Shown here in pieces: positions 49,343-57,970 of a stretch of DNA of 64,000 nt (position 1 is its first letter; every line of letters begins with the position of its first letter). The DNA lies in the NCBI GenBank assembly GCA_963701075.1, contig OY969559.1:928001-992000 (forward strand), read 5' to 3'. This stretch comes from an uncultured Nitrososphaerota archaeon. GTDB taxonomy: Archaea; Thermoproteota; Nitrososphaeria; Nitrososphaerales; Nitrosopumilaceae. Both the position numbers and the translations under genes were made by a program. Below the pieces are notes generated by a model, which was given only the letters and a program-made list of their open reading frames with translations, was not told the origin of the DNA and searched no databases.

Positions 49343-50467
49343 ATGTTGGATTTTCTAGGAATTAACGCAAGTAATCTTCTCAATACTAATGATAATTCCA
49401 ATCCATTAATGTGGTTGGTGTGGATTGTTCCAATCTTTGTCTTTATGCTTTATGGGCAAAAGATCCAATTGCAGGTTACCTCCTCAGAAATTAACAAATC
49501 GCTTGAAAAGTTGAAAATGTATAGGGATGATACTAGGAAAGAATTGATAGATTATATCAAAACTACGCTGAAACCAAATTGGGATGTCTCGCCTAGGCTT
49601 GACAGGTATCTTGAGTACTTTACAATAATGCCAGTTGATATGGATCCAAACGGAATTGTTTCTAAAATTAGACATATCATGAGGACTCGTGAAGACTTTA
49701 CAAGAGAACAGGTCAAGACACTAGCCACAGAATTGAATTCACTTGAAGCAAGTAAGATAGCAAATATCCTTGAAGTGGTTACAACCATACACTTACTTTA
49801 CAAGAGTGTACGACATCTTTTTCTAACTGCAAAAAAACAAAACAACTTTCCTTTGATTTTACCTTTGCAAATGATGATACCATTTATCATGGAAGAAGCT
49901 GAAGCTCTCAGAACTGCTGTACCTGCATTCAAACAAGGCCAACCAATCGGTGATGGTATAGGTCCCATGATCGTAGGAAAGATGATGATTGATACCAAGA
50001 AGATGGAAGTTGCATATGAGACAGTTTGGAGTGAAAAGGAGTTCGAGGGACGAAAACTCTTACTAATGAAGGCGGAAGGCCCATCTGGCACTGTAGGAAG
50101 ACCCGGAGAGGCAACTGAAAAAATCATCTCTACGATAAAGCCTGATATCATTATAATGGTAGATGCGGCCCTAAAGCTAGAAGGGGAAACAACCGGATCT
50201 ATATCTCAGGGATTTGGAGCTGCAATTGGAGGTATTGGTACAGAAAAATTCCAAATTGAGGAGGCAGCTACCAAACATAACATTCCAATCTATGCAGTTG
50301 TGATAAAACAGTCAATCAAAGAAGCTATCACATTGATGAAAAAAGAGATTGCAGATGCATCCGAGGAAGCAACATCTCAAATTTATGATATGATAAAAGA
50401 GAACACAAAAACAGGTCAGGCTGTTTTGATAATTGGCGTTGGAAATACAATAGGCGTGTCACAATGA
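49343..50467 (+). CDS. DUF1512 family protein
   Basis: PIGDGIGP, VDAALKLEGE, GVGNTIGV. Confidence 0.88.
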   Translation: MLDFLGINASNLLNTNDNSNPLMWLVWIVPIFVFMLYGQKIQLQVTSSEINKSLEKLKMYRDDTRKELIDYIKTTLKPNWDVSPRLDRYLEYFTIMPVDMDPNGIVSKIRHIMRTREDFTREQVKTLATELNSLEASKIANILEVVTTIHLLYKSVRHLFLTAKKQNNFPLILPLQMMIPFIMEEAEALRTAVPAFKQGQPIGDGIGPMIVGKMMIDTKKMEVAYETVWSEKEFEGRKLLLMKAEGPSGTVGRPGEATEKIISTIKPDIIIMVDAALKLEGETTGSISQGFGAAIGGIGTEKFQIEEAATKHNIPIYAVVIKQSIKEAITLMKKEIADASEEATSQIYDMIKENTKTGQAVLIIGVGNTIGVSQ

Positions 50468-50652
50468 TATTCTCTAGGAAAAAGCAAGAGATCATAGATC
50501 CATATACTGTTGAACAATGTACCTCATGCAATATGACTAAAAAAAGAAAATTTGTAGAGGGTGATTACATCTTTAAGACAATTGGCAAATGTTCATCTTG
50601 TAACAATGGGCAGATATCTATATCCAAAATCTTCGGCGAAGTCATCAAATAG
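50464..50652 (+). CDS. small Zn-ribbon protein
   Basis: CTSC...KRKF.EGDYIFK...CSSC. Confidence 0.8.
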   Translation: MIFSRKKQEIIDPYTVEQCTSCNMTKKRKFVEGDYIFKTIGKCSSCNNGQISISKIFGEVIK

Positions 50653-51535
50653 TTGTCACAGTAACCCCGTTTTCTTGAGGTATGAAGGTATGCTCTGCTT
50701 GAGCCACTCTTTGGTTATTTGCTTCTACTAAAACAGGATATGATCTGACAATTTTATTCTGGATCAATTTGTCTAAAAGTGTCCTAGCAGTTTTTTCATC
50801 CCATTCTGGCATGAACCATCTTAATGCAAATGGCAACATGTTGAATTTTTGCCAGATAAAATCAATGAACTTGTTTGCATCATCATCTTTTGCACGCTTT
50901 CTTGTGGCTAGTGAAAAAATATTTCTTGTCTTGCCCTCTCGAACAAACCCTAGACCATCTCGTGTTGTAACAAATGGTTCACATGCGTATGCTTCTGTTG
51001 ACTGGAAAGAAAATGATCCAATAGACCATATGTTTGGCACAGATTTTCCTGCATGTATGGTGAATCGTTCAAGAGAATGGCCACTGAGGTTTGCAATTGG
51101 TATGCCTCCCATTTGTTTTGCTGTATTTTCTATAATTTTTCCAACATCACTTGATTTTGTACCGACACGTATGATGGAGATTGCCTCTCTTAGGGCAGCT
51201 TCTGCAGCTTGGACAAGATAATCGTAATTTGGATCATAGCATACTGTTACTGCAGTATCTGCAATGTATCCGTTTATCTGCACACCCAAATCGATTTTAA
51301 GAAGATCAGTTTCTTTGACAACTATGCTGTCATTTGGTTCTGCAGTATAATGCGCTGCGATCTCATTTAAGCTGGCATTTACAGGAAAAGCACATTTGCC
51401 TCCTTTTCGCTCTATCTCCTTTTCAATTGATTCACAAACTTCTAACAGCGTTGAGCCAACATGATATTTTTTCCTAGCATTTTCTCTAACCTCAGCTGCG
51501 ATTTTACCTGCACTAATGTAGTCTTGAACCTGCAT
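50645..51535 (-). CDS. map: methionine aminopeptidase type II
   Basis: AAHYT, KIDLGV..GYIADTA, NLSGH, EPF, QAEHT. Confidence 0.96.
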   Translation of the reverse strand: MQVQDYISAGKIAAEVRENARKKYHVGSTLLEVCESIEKEIERKGGKCAFPVNASLNEIAAHYTAEPNDSIVVKETDLLKIDLGVQINGYIADTAVTVCYDPNYDYLVQAAEAALREAISIIRVGTKSSDVGKIIENTAKQMGGIPIANLSGHSLERFTIHAGKSVPNIWSIGSFSFQSTEAYACEPFVTTRDGLGFVREGKTRNIFSLATRKRAKDDDANKFIDFIWQKFNMLPFALRWFMPEWDEKTARTLLDKLIQNKIVRSYPVLVEANNQRVAQAEHTFIPQENGVTVTTI

Positions 51536-51622
51536 TAGTTTAACATTGAATAGATTTGTTATTTAAAATCATCATCTCATATGGGAAGCTTAAATTGGGG
51601 ACTTTTTTGTGCATTCAACATC

Positions 51623-51696
51623 GGGATCGTGGTCTAGCTTGGTATGATGCGGGTTTTGGGTACCTGAGGTCGTCGGTTCAAATCCGGCCGATCCCA
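51623..51696 (+). tRNA. tRNA-Pro(TGG), intronless
   Basis: Acceptor GGGATCG/CGATCCC, anticodon arm CGGGT-TTTGGGT-ACCTG, T-arm GTCGG-TTCAAAT-CCGGC. Confidence 0.93.
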
Positions 51697-51906
51697 TCTT
51701 TTGTATTTTATATTACTAAAATCATCACATGTCATTTCAATTAGTTATTATCTGACTTTCACACAATCTGATGAGTCAGGCGATGAAGAAGAGTTAGAGA
51801 CATGATAAAAAGATGAATGTGAATTCAGTGACTCGGAGCCTGGCGTATCTCATAGGTCACATTGAACAAAATTTACGCCTTAAATTGTGTTGGTGTATGA
51901 TATCAT

Positions 51907-53151
51907 ATGAGTGAATTCCAGAGAATAGCAAACAATGACATACATAATTCTGTTAGAGACGTTGAGCGATATAAAAATATCTTACAGAAATTCAAGAACG
52001 GTTCTGACTGTATAAAATTTTTGGATGCGTTACTTTTGTCAGGCAGAAGCTGGATTCGAATTGCAACTTATGCTTATTCATGTCAGAAGATTCTTCAGCT
52101 CAAAGACGATAAACCAATAATCTCATGGACTCGCGAGGATTGCGAAGAGATTGTAAAAAAGTTTGTAATTGCAAACATATCAAACGCTACAAAGGAGGGC
52201 CACTTGCGTACCCTCAAACGTTTGGTACACAGGTGCAAGACAAAGAAACTGATTCAAAAGGGTAGGGAAGACTATTGCGAAGAAGTTGCCTGGATTACGC
52301 CCGGATCTTTCTACGACAAATACGAAAAAATCCAGTCAAAAGACTTGATAAAAGACAATGAAATTCTTGCCATGATAAACGCTGTCAAGAAAATGGGAGG
52401 AAAATATGTAAAGAGAAACATTCTTGTCTTGTTTCTTCTACTTGATGGAAGCTTCAGGCCTGCAGAGCTTCTCAATATCACCATTGGTGGCATCGAATTT
52501 GGTACTGATTTTGTGAGGGTTCATACAACTGGCAAGACAGGCCCAAAAAGGCTCACCTTGGTAACAAGCTTCGTACCAATGAAAGAATGGATACAGGAGC
52601 ACCCCGATGCTGAAAATCCAGAAGCATATCTTCTATGGGAAGACAAGGAGGAAGGCAGGATGTCATACTGGCAGTTATGGCGTCTTGTAAAACGTTCGGC
52701 TCAAAAGGCTGGTATTAAGAAAAGAATCTGGCTCTACCTTTTCAGGCATACCAGTATTACAGAACATGTTAAGCGTCTTGGTCGTGTAGCTGCGGTTTAT
52801 GGAAATTGGAGTCCACGAAGTAAAATGTTGCAAAAGTACACGCACCTGGCAGATTCCGACCAGGAGGATGCTATCCTGAAGCTGCATGGCCTAAAAAAAG
52901 AGGACAACACTGATTCTATATTATTTGCAAAGATGTGTCCCCAATGCCACAAGGGAAACAGTGCAGATAAATCTCATTGCAGCAATTGTGGTACAATTCT
53001 TTCCAAGAAACTAGCCCAGATTCGCGAATCTAGAAATATGACTGATGTACTGAGGTTTGAAAGAAAATTCTCTTCAGAAATAAAGAGTCTACGGAAAACT
53101 ATAGAAGAACAACAAAAAATGTTTGAAGTCTTGCTAAAAAGTAAAAATTAA
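51907..53151 (+). CDS. tyrosine recombinase/integrase with C-terminal Zn ribbon
   Basis: FRPAEL, GKTG, LFRH, GNW, KYTHL catalytic pattern; CPQC...CSNCG. Confidence 0.92.
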   Translation: MSEFQRIANNDIHNSVRDVERYKNILQKFKNGSDCIKFLDALLLSGRSWIRIATYAYSCQKILQLKDDKPIISWTREDCEEIVKKFVIANISNATKEGHLRTLKRLVHRCKTKKLIQKGREDYCEEVAWITPGSFYDKYEKIQSKDLIKDNEILAMINAVKKMGGKYVKRNILVLFLLLDGSFRPAELLNITIGGIEFGTDFVRVHTTGKTGPKRLTLVTSFVPMKEWIQEHPDAENPEAYLLWEDKEEGRMSYWQLWRLVKRSAQKAGIKKRIWLYLFRHTSITEHVKRLGRVAAVYGNWSPRSKMLQKYTHLADSDQEDAILKLHGLKKEDNTDSILFAKMCPQCHKGNSADKSHCSNCGTILSKKLAQIRESRNMTDVLRFERKFSSEIKSLRKTIEEQQKMFEVLLKSKN

Positions 53152-53267
53152 TATTGTTTTCCTTTTAATTTTTTTTCAAGCTTTGTTACTTGCTCAAGCA
53201 TTTTTTCATTCTCTTCTTTGAGCCTGAGAATTAATTCTTTTGGTACATCTATTGTTTTTTCATTCAT
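53148..53267 (-). CDS. 39-aa coiled-coil micro-protein
   Basis: MNEKTIDVPKELILRLKEENEKMLEQVTKLEKKLKGKQY, convergent with the integrase. Confidence 0.5.
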   Translation of the reverse strand: MNEKTIDVPKELILRLKEENEKMLEQVTKLEKKLKGKQY

Positions 53268-53354
53268 AGTACATTCTACAGCAATTTTAGTTTTTAAAGT
53301 CAACACAAAGTTGATCAGAATATCCATCCAATAAATCTAATAAATGACCTTGTC

Positions 53355-53392
53355 TAGTACACCCCCGTGTACTTAGTACACCCACATGTACT
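53355..53392. repeat. tandem pair of 19-bp palindromes
   Basis: tagtacacccccgtgtact + tagtacacccacatgtact. Confidence 0.85.
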
Positions 53393-53490
53393 TGCATTCA
53401 TAAATGGTTGTAGACGCTCGAATGGTGCTTAATGCCAAACATTGCACAATCTTGCAACACGAGAGAAATTTCTACCTCCTGATGCAGGAC

Positions 53491-53527
53491 TCCTTGTAAA
53501 GTTTACAAGTTGTAAACTTTACAAGGA
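53491..53527. repeat. perfect 18-bp inverted repeat, each arm itself palindromic
   Basis: tccttgtaaagtttacaa-g-ttgtaaactttacaagga. Confidence 0.92.
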
Positions 53528-53545
53528 ATAGGCATATTGCTTATA

Positions 53546-53587
53546 ATGTAGACATTGTAGACAATATTTGTCGACATTGTCTACAAT
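53546..53587 (+). repeat. 42-bp four-box palindromic site, left copy (overlaps ATPase start)
   Basis: atgtagacattgtagacaatatttgtcgacattgtctacaat. Confidence 0.92.
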
Positions 53588-54764
53588 GAACAATCCATTC
53601 AACCCAGGCTCGGGAGTGCCTCCTCCTTATCTTGCTGGAAGGCAAGAGCATTTGGCAAGGTTTGAACAAATGTTAAAGAGCATTAATGACGGCCATGTTG
53701 AGAATCTGATAGTATATGGTTTACGAGGGACTGGAAAAACGGTCCTCATGGAAGAATTTAGTAAGTTGTGCATAAGTCACAGGTTCATTCCTATCAAGAG
53801 AGCACAGTTTAGTAAGAAATACTGTGACCCAGATGAGTTTACCAAGGCATTAAAATATGACATAAAGACTGCAATAGGTACATTTTCCAGGGTCAAGCGA
53901 ATAAAAGACAAGTTTACTTCAATTCTCTCTTATGTTAGACCAAAACATGTGGGAATCCCAGATGTTTTCTATTATGAACCGTCTTACAGTTCAGCTTCCG
54001 GCGTACCATTTGAGGATCATCTGAAGGAATATCTTACCAAGAATTGGAAAATCTTTGAAAACAGTAATTACAAAGGGGTTATCTTTCTCTTTGATGAATT
54101 TCATTCAATCTATGACGTACCATACAAAAAGTGGTTTGTTCTTTCTGATTTTATGGGGGTACTAAATGAAGTACAAAAGACTGGCTGTAGATATTTTGCA
54201 GTTTTTTCTGGCCTGCCAAACCTTCATCTCAATATTAAAGAAGCAAGATCGTATTCTGAACGCATGTACAAATCATTGGAAGTTGGAAATCTAAGTGAAG
54301 AAGAGGCAACATCTGCAATTACAAATCCGTTAGTTAAAAGTGAGTACAAGTTTGAAAAATCTCTTGTTGAAAAGATTGTAGTCGAAACTGGTCAGTATCC
54401 ATATTTTATTCAATTCTATTGTAAAGAGTTAATCAATATGAGTGATAAGAAGAAAATTTCTCTAAGTGAATACGAGAGAATCAGTCCTATGATTACAAAA
54501 CAACTCGATGATGACTTTTTTGATCCCAGACTGGAGATATTGAGTGATGATGAACAAAAAGTGATTGTTTCCATGGCACGTGCAACTGATACTGACATAC
54601 CGTTTGATTTTATCAAGAAAAAGACAAGAATGGAACGAACTACATTATCAAAATATATGAAAAGGCTCGAGGAGAAGGGTCTGGTTTATAACTACAAACG
54701 TGGAATTTACCGTTTCTCTGTCCCATTGCTAAAGCAGTATCTTGTACGAAAGTCGACAATGTAG
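53568..54764 (+). CDS. AAA/STAND-like P-loop ATPase with C-terminal winged helix
   Basis: NPFNPGSGVPPPYLAGR, GLRGTGKT, FLFDEFH, TGQYPYFIQ, LSKYMKRLEEKGLV...GIYRF. Confidence 0.9.
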   Translation: MSTLSTMNNPFNPGSGVPPPYLAGRQEHLARFEQMLKSINDGHVENLIVYGLRGTGKTVLMEEFSKLCISHRFIPIKRAQFSKKYCDPDEFTKALKYDIKTAIGTFSRVKRIKDKFTSILSYVRPKHVGIPDVFYYEPSYSSASGVPFEDHLKEYLTKNWKIFENSNYKGVIFLFDEFHSIYDVPYKKWFVLSDFMGVLNEVQKTGCRYFAVFSGLPNLHLNIKEARSYSERMYKSLEVGNLSEEEATSAITNPLVKSEYKFEKSLVEKIVVETGQYPYFIQFYCKELINMSDKKKISLSEYERISPMITKQLDDDFFDPRLEILSDDEQKVIVSMARATDTDIPFDFIKKKTRMERTTLSKYMKRLEEKGLVYNYKRGIYRFSVPLLKQYLVRKSTM

Positions 54765-54791
54765 ACATTATTTGTCTACATCGTCTACAAT
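54750..54791 (+). repeat. 42-bp four-box palindromic site, right copy (overlaps ATPase stop)
   Basis: aagtcgacaatgtagacattatttgtctacatcgtctacaat; 36/42 identical to the left copy in direct orientation. Confidence 0.92.
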
Positions 54792-54929
54792 TTGGCGCTT
54801 GTTATAGGAATTGGTACGGATAGTGCGCCAAACTATTTGATAAAGTAAAATCTGGAATCTGGACTTTATAACAAATGAGTTCCTTAAATGGCACATGATA
54901 TCTTGTAGATCATATATGCATTTTGTATC

Positions 54930-54965
54930 GTATGCAAAATTGCATACGTATGCAAAAATGCATAC
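54930..54965. repeat. tandem pair of 18-bp palindromes
   Basis: gtatgcaaaattgcatac + gtatgcaaaaatgcatac. Confidence 0.9.
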
Positions 54966-54983
54966 GGGATACTTGATTCAGCT

Positions 54984-55018
54984 ATTACGCCATTTAGCGT
55001 AACGCCTTTTGGCGTAAT
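54984..55018. repeat. overlapping pair of palindromes
   Basis: ttacgccatttagcgtaa / taacgccttttggcgtaa; outer arms attacgcca...tggcgtaat. Confidence 0.85.
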
Positions 55019-55505
55019 GGATTCAAACTTGATACTTTCATGTCCATCATCCCTAGGGTCGTTATAGAACCTGGATTCTATCCCGGAATAGAGGCGGCTG
55101 GCAAAAACATCCTGCATTATAGGACCAAATTCTGATCCTATAACGCAAGATGAAGTCAACACAAGCTCGCTAATGCAAGTTTACTTACTTTATAAGGTAA
55201 ATCTGGAATCAGAACTTTATAACAAATGGAATTACTGATCGTCTGATTCCACGGATCAGGGAAGCTGCATCTTAAGATCAAAGTTTCAAGCGACTTTACA
55301 TTCGTAATGGGGACGAAAATCTAGTCATATCGACTCCTTTACTTGATGATGAGGGCGTCATTATAGCTAAAAAAATTTTTAGCTGAGTTGTTATACCATA
55401 TCTCAAACCGGGAAGTATATGGCCTGTAACGAACTAGTCATAAGTTGATGGTCTGCCTTCTGGAATGCTCTTTGGTAATAATATTATCACCATTTTTTAA
55501 AAGAC

Positions 55506-56274
55506 ATGCAACGATCTCCTATCTTATTGATAAAAAGATCACCTGGTATGATAAATAGTGCACCTAACAAAAAATATGGTTTGCCATCTATAACATACGG
55601 ATCAAAAGAGGCTCTGGAGTCTCAAGATGCTACTGATGATAGTGTTTCAGGGTTGATTCCGTCAAGCGTATACAGAGCAAAAATGCGAGAATACAACCAT
55701 TGGAACCTGAAGCTTAGAGTCAGGCTCACTCTCATGCTTGGTGCTTGACACACTTTATGATGCAATCAAGATGACACTACAGGAACTGCATCAGGCCACA
55801 AATGGTGACGTGAGGATGACTATTCACAGGCTCAGAAAAAAGGAGATGGTGACACAAAACGACGACAAAACATACTCACTGACAGAGCTTGGAAGATGGT
55901 TTACTATCTCAACCAGACTGAAACTCTCCTTTCTTGAGCTCTGCCTGCTCGCATGCGCTTGCTGTGTTCAGGCTAGGTATGCAAGGGATTCGAAGATCGG
56001 TTTTTACATGCGGCCAGCGTTTGATCGCATCTTTGGCAGGTTTTATACCAAAAAATACATCTCTGTCGTATTTTCTACACTGAAGAAGAAGGGTTATGCA
56101 GTAAAATTTTCCTACAAGACCATACGCGTGTACCCAAAGACATGCGAGGGTCTCATGTCGATGTATGGGGAGGACTTTAAGGGACTGGAGAGGTGGCTTG
56201 ACAGTGTAGAGGAAAACCAGCTGTACATTGCATGTGAGGTAACTGAAGGCTTGTTGAAGAATCATGCTGACTAG
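55506..56274 (+). CDS. winged-helix-type DNA-binding protein; probably one gene with a +1 frameshift at ~55710
   Basis: The frame of ORF 55738 is open back to 55711 (agc tta gag...), inside ORF 55506; HRLRKKEMV...YSLTELG wHTH pattern. Confidence 0.6.
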
Positions 56275-56824
56275 ATCGGAGAGAAGGCTTGTTCAGAATC
56301 CCAACGGGCTTCCATAAAGCTAGGTGTGGGTTAACAGATGCAGGATAAACAAGAAGATAAGAAGATTCGTATCAGACCTCAAGGTTATCAGTGAAAAAAA
56401 AAAACGATGAGCTTCACTTGAATCGTCATGTACTTGATGAGCTTTTAGGGGCAAAAAAGGCATTACAGAATTCTGTAAGGTCTAGTCAAAAAACCATATC
56501 TGATTCTGAAAATACCAGAAGTTCAGTTTTAGACAGACTAGAGAACTGGTAGTTCGTAACTCCTTAAAAAGAAAACCAATTTTGTGCCTGAGTAATACCA
56601 ACTCAAAAACAAAACAACACGAATCCGACATGCACATGCAAACTGGTAACATCACCACCAACCATACAGTCTAGAATTTTTTCACATTTCCAAAACACAA
56701 AAGCTCCAAAATTACAAACCAATTTACACCAAAACATTTCAAAATACTGTAATGTCTGTATGGCTCTTTTTTGGGCAATTCGTAAAACAAAACTCTCTCC
56801 TTAAATCCAACACCATACTAGCAT

Positions 56825-57004
56825 GTGTTGAAAATCGTACTGCAAAAGCAAAGGTCAAGGAACTACAACGGTGCCAACTACTACAAGTACCGTGTTACCA
56901 TACCCATACAAATTGTAGGGCAACTCAAACTAGAAGGAGGAGAAGAGCTTGAGATCTCTGTTGTGGAAGATGCAATCGTAATCAGGGAAACCCTTAACAT
57001 ATAA
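56825..57004 (+). CDS. AbrB/MazE/SpoVT-family DNA-binding protein (59 aa)
   Basis: YRVTIPIQIVGQLKLEGGEELEISVVEDAIVIR; GTG start; missed by the ORF track. Confidence 0.8.
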   Translation: MLKIVLQKQRSRNYNGANYYKYRVTIPIQIVGQLKLEGGEELEISVVEDAIVIRETLNI

Positions 57005-57219
57005 AAAATCACATCAAAAATCTATCTAGTCCTCAGGTTCCTTGTTCCCCATATCTTTTATAACTTCTTTCTTTTTTTCTTTAATAATTTTTTTAGACTG
57101 TCTAACGACATTTTCTTTTTACAAACTTTATGATCTTTGTTATTTTTCCAGTGTTACTATCATTCTTAGCTATCTTGTGACTATTCCAACTGAATGAAGT
57201 GTCTTTTCGACCTCGCTCA

Positions 57220-57612
57220 TTATCCTTTTCTTATTTCACTAAGATCTTTTTCCACTGTTGACAGACTACTTCCTATTTTTTGTGCAATTTCCTTTTGCTT
57301 GTAACCTTCCAAGAATAGTTTCCTCACCTGATTTCTCCTGCCACTCACTTTGTCCTGCACCACCAGTTCCTTTTTCTCAGTCAGCAACTTGACTATGCCG
57401 CTGTTGAACTGTATCTGGATCTCCTTTGTTTTTTTGATCATTGTAACTAGGCCTAGGAATATCTCTTGCATCTTTTTTGTGAGATCACTGAGTGGAGGAT
57501 CTGTCTTGTTTGATTCCTCATATTTTTTTAGAATCTCGTTGTAAAGTTCGATGTCTTCTAGATGATGTCTGTTGTTTTGCTCGATTAGTTCGATGGCTTT
57601 CTTGACCGTCAT
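57220..57612 (-). CDS. protein with C-terminal HTH
   Basis: RRNQVRKLFLEGYKQKEIAQKIGSSLSTVEKDL. Confidence 0.8.
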   Translation of the reverse strand: MTVKKAIELIEQNNRHHLEDIELYNEILKKYEESNKTDPPLSDLTKKMQEIFLGLVTMIKKTKEIQIQFNSGIVKLLTEKKELVVQDKVSGRRNQVRKLFLEGYKQKEIAQKIGSSLSTVEKDLSEIRKG

Positions 57613-57970
57613 ACGCCATATTCAAAACAGTTCTACACAAATTGCTGGTAACTCTATAATCTTCCTTTTCTTGCATACTACATTACATCAATCCTCTCAA
57701 ACTTTTTTTATTGATAGAATTAAAGTCATGTCTTAATCATAGGCTTTTAACAGAATATCATTCTAGGATAATTTTTTTTATGCTACAATGATACTGTCAA
57801 AAGAGGAACTCCAGGCAATAGTTCCAAAGTTACGAAGAAACTAGAAATGTTTAGGAAGATGTTTGGAGCTGTTTTGAGCCTTTTATGACCCACAACCAAG
57901 GAAATCTGTTCAAACATTGATTGATTGTTATGGACAGCCTGGCATAAAAATCTGCATGTCCTCGTAAACA

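Larger units (their letters stand above)
54840..55228 (+). repeat. ~38-bp imperfect direct repeats at 54840-54877 and 55192-55228
   Basis: ataaagtaaaatctggaatctggactttataacaaatg vs ataaggtaaatctggaatcagaactttataacaaatg. Confidence 0.85.

Noticed and set aside
2934-52887. Numerous antisense or overlapping ORFs in the six-frame track (e.g. 2934-3329, 29433-29810, 37776-38285, 50769-51221)
   Set aside because: Shadows of well-supported genes on the opposite strand or in another frame.
54884-55162. 92-aa minus-strand ORF
   Set aside because: It runs through the palindrome array with no protein-like features; probably spurious.
53340-55500. CRISPR array or integron attC array
   Set aside because: There is no constant repeat with regular spacers and no cas genes. 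The palindromes lack the RYYYAAC...GTTRRRY order, and the integrase is not recognisably IntI-like.
56752-56952. 66-aa ORF from the track
   Set aside because: An overlapping frame encodes a convincing AbrB-like protein (56825-57004).
57040-57970. Short broken ORF fragments flanking the HTH gene
   Set aside because: They could be pseudogene debris, but no recognisable motif supports a call.
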